A DNA stretch of 64,000 bases from Bacteroidia bacterium. Lineage in GTDB: Bacteria; Bacteroidota; Bacteroidia; Bacteroidales; VadinHA17. Below the pieces are notes generated by a model, which was not told the origin of the DNA, made no database searches, and was given only the letters and a program-made list of their open reading frames with translations. Both the position numbers and the translations under genes were made by a program. Every line of letters starts with the position of its first letter. Positions within the stretch are counted from its first letter, which is position 1. This document shows, piece by piece, positions 29,326-37,834 of this stretch. The stretch covers positions 37,222 through 101,221 of the forward strand of contig JAPLDX010000090.1 in NCBI GenBank assembly GCA_026391215.1, read 5' to 3'.

Positions 29326-30291
29326 ATGAGGATACTTATAACAGGAGTTGCTGGGTTCATAGGATCTAATCTTGCCGGTAAATTGCTTGAGGCAGGATAT
29401 GAAGTGATTGGCGTTGATAATTTCAGCTTTGGATTTGAGAGGAATATCAGCAGATTCAGGAAATTAAATAAGTTTACTTTTATTGAAGGGGATATCAGGG
29501 ATTCGAACTGTCTTAAAAATCATAAATCAGATGTGATTGTACATCTTGCTTCCCAGAAGATCCCGCGATATACAAACGCATTCCGGACATTGGATGATAA
29601 TAATAATACCCTTCAGAAAATTGTTCAAAAATGTATCTCTGATAAATCCAGGATAATCTATGCATCCACTTCCGATGTGTATGGCAAGAATACGAAACTT
29701 CCATTTTCTGAAACTTCGGACCTTGTTCTCGGACCTACAACAATAAAGAGGTGGGCATATGCAATATCGAAAATCTATGGAGAACAGTATATTATTGCGA
29801 GCCATGAGGAATTTGGATTGGATTATACAATTGGGAGATTTTTCGGAGCCTACGGTCCAAACCAGAATCCAACATGGTGGGGTGGTCCTCAGTCTGTTTT
29901 CATAAACAAAGCCCTTCAGAAAGAAGAGATGGAAATTCATGGCGACGGCAGTCAGACCAGGACATTCACATATGTTGAAGATACTGTTAACGCTGTCACC
30001 CGATTTATTTCTGATCCAAAATCTGATAACCAGATCTTTAATGTCGGGGCCACTCAAGAATGTGAGATTTCGATCATCGATCTGGCCAGACTTATATGGA
30101 AGCAAATAAATGGAGATAAATTAAATCCCCGGTTAAAGTTTATTCCCTATTCTGATTTTGGCAAATATGAAGATGTAATGGCAAGGATCCCTGATATAAG
30201 CAAATTAAAGGAGTTTTTTAATTTTGAGCCTGCCTGGTCACTGGAAGAAGGCTTAAAGAAAACAATCGCCTGGCAGCGTGAAATAAAATGA
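29326..30291 (+). CDS. NAD-dependent nucleotide-sugar epimerase/decarboxylase (UDP-glucuronate decarboxylase-like)
   Basis: TGVAGFIGS, ASTSDVYG, RWAYAISK (YxxxK), GDGSQTRTF. Confidence 0.85.
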   Translation: MRILITGVAGFIGSNLAGKLLEAGYEVIGVDNFSFGFERNISRFRKLNKFTFIEGDIRDSNCLKNHKSDVIVHLASQKIPRYTNAFRTLDDNNNTLQKIVQKCISDKSRIIYASTSDVYGKNTKLPFSETSDLVLGPTTIKRWAYAISKIYGEQYIIASHEEFGLDYTIGRFFGAYGPNQNPTWWGGPQSVFINKALQKEEMEIHGDGSQTRTFTYVEDTVNAVTRFISDPKSDNQIFNVGATQECEISIIDLARLIWKQINGDKLNPRLKFIPYSDFGKYEDVMARIPDISKLKEFFNFEPAWSLEEGLKKTIAWQREIK

Positions 30292-31022
30292 ATCTGTATT
30301 TCCTTATACCGGTATTCAACGAATCTGTTAATCTGGATTTATTATCAGAAAGCCTTCAAAAGGTGCTTCCGGAGAAAAAAAAATTCTACCTCTTTGTTGA
30401 TGATAAATCCACAGATGACACCATCAGGAAAATTCACGCCTTATTTCAATCAAAACCTTATCATATTATTGAAAAAGAAAAAAACCAGGGGCCGGGTGAT
30501 TCTTTTAATCTTGGATTTGAATGGATACTGGAACATTCTGAGGATGACAGGGATCTGATTATAACTCTTGAAGCGGACAATACTTCCGATATTGATCTTT
30601 TACCAACTATGATTAGTATTTCAGGATTAAACTACAGTCTGGTTCTTGCATCTGTCTATGTACAGGGCGGTGGATTTGAAAAGTCTTCGTTTTTAAGGAA
30701 GCTCATATCCTTTTTTGCCAATATTTTTCTACGTCTTATCTTTAATATCAAAGTTCAGACTTTAAGCTCTTTTTACAGGGTATATCAGATAAGCTTAATT
30801 AAAAGGATCAGGCAAAATTACACTTCAATAATTTCAGAAAAAGGATTTGTCTGCATGTTTGAGATACTATTAAAAGCAATCCGGTCAGATGCAAGTATTA
30901 TCGAAGTACCCATGATACTTAAATCTCAGAAACGAAAGGATAAATCCAAAATGAGGATCCTTAAGACTATGGGTCAGTATATCGGATATGTATTTAAGCT
31001 GGGATTCAAAGGTATCAGTTAG
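30288..31022 (+). CDS. GT2 polyprenyl-phosphate glycosyltransferase (DPM1/ArnC-like)
   Basis: IPVFNE, VDDKSTDDT, NQGPG, LEAD. Confidence 0.85.
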   Translation: MNLYFLIPVFNESVNLDLLSESLQKVLPEKKKFYLFVDDKSTDDTIRKIHALFQSKPYHIIEKEKNQGPGDSFNLGFEWILEHSEDDRDLIITLEADNTSDIDLLPTMISISGLNYSLVLASVYVQGGGFEKSSFLRKLISFFANIFLRLIFNIKVQTLSSFYRVYQISLIKRIRQNYTSIISEKGFVCMFEILLKAIRSDASIIEVPMILKSQKRKDKSKMRILKTMGQYIGYVFKLGFKGIS

Positions 31023-31177
31023 AATTATACCAGTAGAGCTTCTTATATAGGAATTCATTGACAATTTTCTTACAATTTGTAATCAAATCCCGCAGATTAT
31101 TAATCTTTAAGGATTGGATAACTTATTTATTTCACTTGAATGTGCAGCTGATTAATGTTGAATTAATTATAATCACC

Positions 31178-31185
31178 TAATTTTG
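31178..31185 (+). promoter_or_regulatory. -7 promoter motif TAATTTTG for the receiver-YaiO operon
   Basis: TAnnTTTG about 48 nt upstream of the ATG at 31233. Confidence 0.5.
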
Positions 31186-31232
31186 AATAATAAAACAGGA
31201 TTATATTTCACAGATTTTAATATATCCATTTT

Positions 31233-31607
31233 ATGTTGAAAGATAATTTAAGTATTTATATTATCTCAGAAGATCTTGTATTTATCAGGTTAATCGAACT
31301 ATTATTCAATAATAAATTACCTGAACCTCAAATTGAAAGAATATCCTCATTTATTGAGCTGAAAAAAAAGCAGTTCAATCGACCTCCAGATATAATTATA
31401 CTGGATGATTTTATAATCGGAGCAGCCAGCGTTGAAGTAATAACATTCTTAAGGTTTAATAGAAGACTGGAATGTCCAGTTTATTTTTTCTGTGAAAGTG
31501 TTTCGGATCTTGTAATTAAAGCAATAGAGAGAGGAGCTAATCATTACTATACAAAACCATTTAAGCCCCTGTCAGTTGTTGATGAAATTGTCGACAACCT
31601 GAAATAA
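31233..31607 (+). CDS. Single-domain response regulator receiver (atypical)
   Basis: PDIIILDD, GANHYYTKPF; acidic pocket degenerate (ISED) and the usual beta4 Thr/Ser not evident. Confidence 0.75.
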   Translation: MLKDNLSIYIISEDLVFIRLIELLFNNKLPEPQIERISSFIELKKKQFNRPPDIIILDDFIIGAASVEVITFLRFNRRLECPVYFFCESVSDLVIKAIERGANHYYTKPFKPLSVVDEIVDNLK

Positions 31608-31610
31608 TAA

Positions 31611-32873
31611 ATGAAAAAACTATCGCCCTTGAAACAAAAATTTTACATAATTACCACCGTTCAGCTTTTATTGACACTTAATCTTTTTTCGCAGGTTAAT
31701 GCGGATTCTTTATTCAGGATCGCTATTGAGCAATCCCGAAAAAATGATTATGAAGGCGCGCTTCTGAATGCAAAACGAGTATTAGGTATCAATCCTTCAA
31801 GGTGTGATGTTTATGTTTTTATTGCCAATGTTTTTGCATGGCAAAAGAATAGCGACTCGTCAAAACACTACATAAATAAAGCCTATAATTTAAATCCTCG
31901 CAGTTCTGAATTATATGATGCCTGGCTAAATGTATTATTATGGAACGGAGAATATGATGAACTTCTGATAACGACAGATATTGCAGTTAGCAATGGCTAT
32001 AATAATGATTACAATATCCTGATCAAGAGACTGATTGCTTATAAATACCTTGGAGAATACTCAAAAGCTTCAGAGCTGTTCGCGGACAGTGAAAATAAGA
32101 TTTTACTGGAGTTAGTCCAGATTAAGAATCTGTATCGCGAAATACTATTACAACAAAAACAGAACATTCTGACAGCCTATTATTCTCTTGATTATCTTCC
32201 TGAGAATAATCCTGCGGCGCAGCACATGGCCTTTATTGATTATGCATTTAAGATAAAACAAAACAGCCTGCTTCTAAGATTGAATTATGCCAACAGATTT
32301 ACCAAAAATGACCTGCAGGTGGAATCAGATTATTATCATATGTTAAAAAACAGCAGGTATTTCTATTTAAACTATGGTTATTCACTATATTATGATCTAT
32401 TCCCAAAACACAGAGCAGGGCTGGAATACTATTCCTCGCTGAAGAAAGGTTTTGAGGCTTCGCTTGGAGGCAGATATTTGTATTTTCCTGATTCTCATAT
32501 AGGTATAATAACCGGTTCTGTAGCAAAGTACATAAATTCAATCTGGATCTCCCTAAGACCTTATTACGCTTTTGCTAAACCGGGAAATTCTGTCGCACTG
32601 ATAGCTGATGTCCGCATATACGGGAAGCTTCCCCTCTCCTATTGGAACCTGGAACTGGGTTATGGTAATTCTCCGGATGAAAGATTCATACTAAATCAGA
32701 CGGATAATTATTTCCAGCTGGACTCTTACCGTTTCAAGCTGGGCAAAAACCTGTTGATAGGAAAGGCCGACGAATTAAAGATATCAGCAGGTTATGCATA
32801 TGAGGAATTTGTAACTGATGATTACATTAACCGGTATATCATGCAAATAATTTACAGACACAGGATAAAATGA
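31611..32873 (+). CDS. yaiO: TPR plus YaiO-family outer-membrane beta-barrel protein
   Basis: Signal peptide, TPR helices, then RLNYANRF, YLNYGYS, LFPKHR.GLEY, GYGNSPD. Confidence 0.82.
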   Translation: MKKLSPLKQKFYIITTVQLLLTLNLFSQVNADSLFRIAIEQSRKNDYEGALLNAKRVLGINPSRCDVYVFIANVFAWQKNSDSSKHYINKAYNLNPRSSELYDAWLNVLLWNGEYDELLITTDIAVSNGYNNDYNILIKRLIAYKYLGEYSKASELFADSENKILLELVQIKNLYREILLQQKQNILTAYYSLDYLPENNPAAQHMAFIDYAFKIKQNSLLLRLNYANRFTKNDLQVESDYYHMLKNSRYFYLNYGYSLYYDLFPKHRAGLEYYSSLKKGFEASLGGRYLYFPDSHIGIITGSVAKYINSIWISLRPYYAFAKPGNSVALIADVRIYGKLPLSYWNLELGYGNSPDERFILNQTDNYFQLDSYRFKLGKNLLIGKADELKISAGYAYEEFVTDDYINRYIMQIIYRHRIK

Positions 32874-34099
32874 AATATGTGATTATAAATAATCTGCGTT
32901 ATTACCTTCCCAGAATAATTATTCTTCTCATCTGTTTATTCTTGTTTTATTTTGTCTATCATCTTTCCTTTTATCATATACACATAGGGGGAAACAATAT
33001 CTATAATCATTTATACCCTTTCGAAAGTAAGACAGAATGGTGGTTTTACGTTCTTGTGTATATTATTATCATTTCAGTCTTAAGTGTATTTGTGCTGCTT
33101 TTATTGAGTTTCTATTTCGATTATAAAGGCAGCAGGTCTGGGGCGATAAACAGAAAGTATGAATTGATATTTTCTGAAAAAATTATCGGGTACATATATT
33201 CTGACCGTTTAAAAGAATCCGGCTTGACAAAGGAACCTGGCAGTTTCTTAAAGAAGAAATTAAGGAACAAACTGGTGATTGTGTCTTTTTTCTCCGTAAT
33301 TATCAGGATCCAGGAGATTATTGATGAAGACCTGAGCGATAAATTCAAATTACTATTCGGGCAACTTGGGCTTGAAAAGAAAATCAAATGGTTCCTTCAA
33401 TCCAGAAAAATGAGCGAAAAGATCATTGCACTTCAGATAATTTCCTGTCTGAAAATAAAGGGATACAGGAAGATAATCGTAGAATACGCAGGAAGTAGAA
33501 ATTATGTATTACGTACAGTTGCCATGTCAACGCTCATAAGGCTGTCAAAGACGGATCATCTTAATGTAATGTTGGAGCATGAGCATTATATTTCAAAGAT
33601 GGATATCAATGTAATCATTAATGAAGTTGAAAAGAATAGGAAAGCCGATATTGAATACCTAAGTCTGATTAGATCCAAATCCCCTCGTATTATTGCTATC
33701 GGGCTACTGCTGATTCAGGTCAGGAATAAAGCCGAATACAAGGAAATGATCAGGCCACTGCTTGAAATCAATGATGCATTCCTTCATGAGGTAGCATGGG
33801 AAGCTTTCGCCTTCTTTGCAGGAACGGACGAGGATTTAAAATTTATGATTGAAAGATTCGATAGCGAGACTTTCAATTATAAGAAACTGATATTAAAGTC
33901 TTTAACCTCTTTTAAACAAAATACAGAAATATCTGATTTTGTAGACAGGGTAATAAAAAATGAGAGCATTCTATTAAAGATTGAAGCACTCACGATCCTT
34001 TTTGCAAACAATGTGGAGCGTTTCCTTTCTTATAAAGGATCCGACGACAGGAATATTGCTGCTGCATATAATGAACTGGTTGATTTGAACTTAGGCTAA
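32870..34099 (+). CDS. Membrane-anchored HEAT-repeat protein
   Basis: Two N-terminal TM segments followed by an all-helical repeat region; located between YaiO and GT2. Confidence 0.7.
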   Translation: MKYVIINNLRYYLPRIIILLICLFLFYFVYHLSFYHIHIGGNNIYNHLYPFESKTEWWFYVLVYIIIISVLSVFVLLLLSFYFDYKGSRSGAINRKYELIFSEKIIGYIYSDRLKESGLTKEPGSFLKKKLRNKLVIVSFFSVIIRIQEIIDEDLSDKFKLLFGQLGLEKKIKWFLQSRKMSEKIIALQIISCLKIKGYRKIIVEYAGSRNYVLRTVAMSTLIRLSKTDHLNVMLEHEHYISKMDINVIINEVEKNRKADIEYLSLIRSKSPRIIAIGLLLIQVRNKAEYKEMIRPLLEINDAFLHEVAWEAFAFFAGTDEDLKFMIERFDSETFNYKKLILKSLTSFKQNTEISDFVDRVIKNESILLKIEALTILFANNVERFLSYKGSDDRNIAAAYNELVDLNLG

Positions 34100-34104
34100 A
34101 TGAT

Positions 34105-35547
34105 ATGAATATGTCGGATATCGTCAATTATGTTTTTAATTTTTTCTTCCTGGTTTATGCCCTGGCACTGTATTTTTCATATATTTTTATCGGCATTTTG
34201 TCGGCATTTGAACTAAGATTCTACGAAAATAAAAACAGATATTTTAATTATAAGTCTATACTTGGTTATAAGAAACTCCCAACCATCTCAATTATCGCCC
34301 CTGCATATAATGAGGAAAAAACTATAGTTCAAAATATCCGCAGCCTGCTTTCACTTTATTACCCGGAGGTGGAAGTGATCATTGTAAACGATGGCAGTAA
34401 AGACAATACTCTGCAGACAATTATTGAGCATTATGAACTGAATAAGGTTGAAATGGCTGTTGAGAATAAAGTCAAATCAGCCCGGATTCGAGGCATCTAT
34501 AAATCATTTAACAGCGCATATTCTAATCTTATTGTTCTTGATAAGGAGAATGGAGGAAAGGCTGACGCTCTGAATGCAGGCATTAATGTGTCGAGGAGCG
34601 ATCTGTTCCTTACAATTGATGTTGATTGTATTATTGAACAGGATGCCATTTTACGGATGGTAAAACCCTTTCTGGAAGAAGAAGGTGGAAGAAAAGTAAT
34701 TGCATCGGGAGGAGTAGTGCGCATTGCCAACTCCTGTGAAATAAAGGATGGTATAATTCTAAAAGTCAACTACCCTAAAAATATTTGGGCTAAGTTCCAG
34801 GTTCTGGAATACTTCAGGGCATTTACCCTGGGAAGAATGGCATGGAGCAAAGCAAACGGATTACTGATCATATCGGGAGCTTTTGGCCTATTTGACAGGG
34901 ATATTGTCGTTTCCGCCGGAGGTTATGATGCCAGTAGTGTGGGCGAAGATCTGGAACTGGTGGTACGCATGCGCAGATACATGCATGAAAATAAAATAAA
35001 CAAATATAAAGTAGCCTTTATTCCTGATCCCTTATGCTGGACTGAAGTACCATCGACTTTTAAAATACTTTTCAGACAGCGCAACAGGTGGACAAGAGGG
35101 GCAATAGATACTATCAGAAAACACAGGAAGATGTTCTTAAATCCAAAATATGGCCGGATCGGAATGATAAGTTTTCCTTACTGGGTCTTGTTTGAATGGC
35201 TGGCTCCGATACTGGAATTTATAGGATTTATTTATTTCATAATAATGGTCGTTTTGGGAAGAATTGATGTAGAAGTTTTCTTAATAGTAATTTTATTCGT
35301 TTTTTCTTTCTCACTGGCATTCTCTACATTTGCATTATTCTATGAATCATATATTTTCAAAAAATACAAAGGATATAAATTTATTTTTCAGGCTATCTTT
35401 GTCGCAATGGCAGAAATGATTTTTTATCACCCGCTGAATGTTCTCTTTTCCCTTTCCGGAAATTATGATTTCTTTATTAAAAAAAATACAAAGGGATGGG
35501 GTGTTATGACCCGCACCGCTTTTGACAGTAAATCCAAAAAGCCGTGA
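34105..35547 (+). CDS. Processive GT2 polysaccharide synthase (PgaC/IcaA/NfrB-like)
   Basis: IAPAYNE, VNDGSKD, KENGGKADALNAG, DVD, GEDLE, QRNRW; flanking TM helices. Confidence 0.9.
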   Translation: MNMSDIVNYVFNFFFLVYALALYFSYIFIGILSAFELRFYENKNRYFNYKSILGYKKLPTISIIAPAYNEEKTIVQNIRSLLSLYYPEVEVIIVNDGSKDNTLQTIIEHYELNKVEMAVENKVKSARIRGIYKSFNSAYSNLIVLDKENGGKADALNAGINVSRSDLFLTIDVDCIIEQDAILRMVKPFLEEEGGRKVIASGGVVRIANSCEIKDGIILKVNYPKNIWAKFQVLEYFRAFTLGRMAWSKANGLLIISGAFGLFDRDIVVSAGGYDASSVGEDLELVVRMRRYMHENKINKYKVAFIPDPLCWTEVPSTFKILFRQRNRWTRGAIDTIRKHRKMFLNPKYGRIGMISFPYWVLFEWLAPILEFIGFIYFIIMVVLGRIDVEVFLIVILFVFSFSLAFSTFALFYESYIFKKYKGYKFIFQAIFVAMAEMIFYHPLNVLFSLSGNYDFFIKKNTKGWGVMTRTAFDSKSKKP

Positions 35548-35984
35548 AAAAAGATCCCAATCTGAAAATAAGTGCTGAAGATTATTTATTTAACATCATG
35601 ATTGTTGATGAACAACATCAACGATTCATCGGAATCTATAATAATATCATAAAATTATCAGAAGATAAACCGAACGTTACTAATGATAAAATATGTCGGG
35701 TCCTTAATGAATTGTCAGAGTACCTGAAATATCATTTCAAGACCGAAGAGCGACTTATGATGCTGGCAGATTACCCGGATATTGATAAGCATATAAAAGA
35801 GCATATTTTTTTTATAAACAAAATAGATGAGTTCATTTTAGCCAATAAATATAAGAACCCTGTTCTGCTGGATAATATGCTTGCTTTCTCCAGAAAGTGG
35901 TTCTTATCTCACATAATGCAGACCGACGCAAAATACATAGATATTTTAAAGGCTTATATCGACCATCATCCTGATACAAAATAG
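35544..35984 (+). CDS. Bacteriohemerythrin
   Basis: DEQH, HFKTEE, HIKEH, WFLSHIMQTD: full di-iron ligand set; GTG start overlaps the GT2 stop. Confidence 0.88.
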   Translation: MKKDPNLKISAEDYLFNIMIVDEQHQRFIGIYNNIIKLSEDKPNVTNDKICRVLNELSEYLKYHFKTEERLMMLADYPDIDKHIKEHIFFINKIDEFILANKYKNPVLLDNMLAFSRKWFLSHIMQTDAKYIDILKAYIDHHPDTK

Positions 35985-36108
35985 CTGAATAAAGAATAAT
36001 TGATTGTGAAAGTAAGTGCGAATCTCACCATGCACCCTTTGGGTATTATATGCAAGCGAGGCCTTGAGAGGTAAATACCACAGCAATAATTTATGACTGA
36101 ATTTTATT

Positions 36109-36116
36109 TATATTTG
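36109..36116 (+). promoter_or_regulatory. -7 promoter motif TATATTTG for the symporter/phosphorylase operon
   Basis: TAnnTTTG about 80 nt upstream of the GTG at 36198. Confidence 0.5.
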
Positions 36117-36197
36117 AGTTAAGGTAGGATATCTGAAGAAATCAGGCTTTTTACAAAAATTCAATTCTCATTTCAGCAACCATTAAAACCGAAAAAT

Positions 36198-37805
36198 GTG
36201 GAAAAACTAGTCTTAAAAGAAAAAATCGGGTATGCACTTGGAGACGGTGCAGCAAATATCGCCTGGCGCGGTGTGGCTACTTTCTTATTTATATTTTATA
36301 CCGACGTTTTTGGAATAAATCCTGCCGCCGTGGGAGTACTCATGTTAATTGCCCGATTCGGCGATGGGATTGTCGACATTATAATGGGTATTATCTGTGA
36401 CAGGACAAATTCTAAATATGGCAAATTCCGTCCATGGATATTATGGACAGCCGTTCCTTTGGGAATAACATTATCGCTGCTATTTACATCTCCTAACCTG
36501 GGTCCGACAGGGAAAATAGTTTATGCCTATGCTACCTATCTGACATTTTTCATTATGTACACCGCGAATAATATACCATATGGCGCATTGATGGCTGTTA
36601 TGACCGGCGACGATAAAGAACGCACAAGCCTGGGATCATATCGTATGGTTGGCGCATTTACAGGAGGCATGGTGGTTCAGGGGGCCTTGCTGTTTTTAGT
36701 CGTGCATTTTGGCAATATCAATCCAACTATTGATCTGCAAAAACTTGATGCACAAAAATATGAAGTAACAGTATCGACCAACAAGGATGTCAAAAATGTA
36801 AATATCAAAACCAAAGATGGAATAGCGATGTTTACCTGGGCTGATCCAGGGATGGCCGACAGTATAAATGTCCCCACTCAAGGTAAAAGCTTTTCGATGG
36901 AAGCGCAAAAAGAATACTCTTTCATCGTTTCCGGTGAAAAAAACCTCGAGACCAAAAACATAACCATAATTGACCAGAAGAAAGGCTATAGTAATTCCAT
37001 TTATCTTTTATCAATATTTCTGTCTCTGTTCCTGATAGTGACTTTCGCTACGACAAAGGAACGAGTGCAACCTCCCAAAGAACAAAAAACAAATTTGGGT
37101 AAGGACCTGAAAGATCTGATCAAAAACAAGCCCTGGATCATTCTCCTTATCATCGGATTGCTGTTCAATGTCTACAATTCGATCAAACAAGGCATTGTGG
37201 TAATCTATTTCACCCATTACCTGCACAACCAGTTATTGGCTGCATCTTATATGGTTGGATTAATGCTGGCTTCAATTGCAGGCGCCATGATAACATCTCC
37301 CCTGGGCAAACGCCTGGGCAAACGGAATCTGTTCATTTATGCTCTTATCTTTTCCGGTATTGTAAATGCACTGCTTGCTTTCTGCAATGCGAATAATATA
37401 ACAGGAATCTTCATAATCGGTATAATTTCGGAGTTTGGAGCTGCAATATTCCCGACTCTCTTCTTTGCAATGCTTGGTGATGCTGCCGATTACTCGGAAT
37501 TCAAGAATGGACGAAGAGCTACAGGACTTGTTTATTCCGCCGGCTCTTTTGCAACCAAATTCGGAGGAGGCATAGCCGGTGCAATTATTGGATTTGTGCT
37601 TGCAGCATTTAATTACAATGGGCAGGATACTATTTCTATACAAGGCGCAGTTCCGGGCATAATAATGCTCATGAGTTGGATACCGACAATTATTGCATTG
37701 ATCGCAGCCGGTGTGATGACACTCTATCCATTGAACCAAAAGAGAATGGATGAAATTACAATTGAACTTAACAATAGAAGAGCCAAAGCTCAACTAAGTC
37801 AGTAA
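36198..37805 (+). CDS. GPH-family (MelB-like) sugar:cation symporter with a ~90-aa extracytoplasmic insertion
   Basis: KEKIGYALGD, DRTNSKYGKFRPW, NIPYGAL, DAADYSEFKNGRRATG. Confidence 0.92.
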   Translation: MEKLVLKEKIGYALGDGAANIAWRGVATFLFIFYTDVFGINPAAVGVLMLIARFGDGIVDIIMGIICDRTNSKYGKFRPWILWTAVPLGITLSLLFTSPNLGPTGKIVYAYATYLTFFIMYTANNIPYGALMAVMTGDDKERTSLGSYRMVGAFTGGMVVQGALLFLVVHFGNINPTIDLQKLDAQKYEVTVSTNKDVKNVNIKTKDGIAMFTWADPGMADSINVPTQGKSFSMEAQKEYSFIVSGEKNLETKNITIIDQKKGYSNSIYLLSIFLSLFLIVTFATTKERVQPPKEQKTNLGKDLKDLIKNKPWIILLIIGLLFNVYNSIKQGIVVIYFTHYLHNQLLAASYMVGLMLASIAGAMITSPLGKRLGKRNLFIYALIFSGIVNALLAFCNANNITGIFIIGIISEFGAAIFPTLFFAMLGDAADYSEFKNGRRATGLVYSAGSFATKFGGGIAGAIIGFVLAAFNYNGQDTISIQGAVPGIIMLMSWIPTIIALIAAGVMTLYPLNQKRMDEITIELNNRRAKAQLSQ

Positions 37806-37834
37806 TAATCAGGACAAAATAAAAAATTAAAAAA

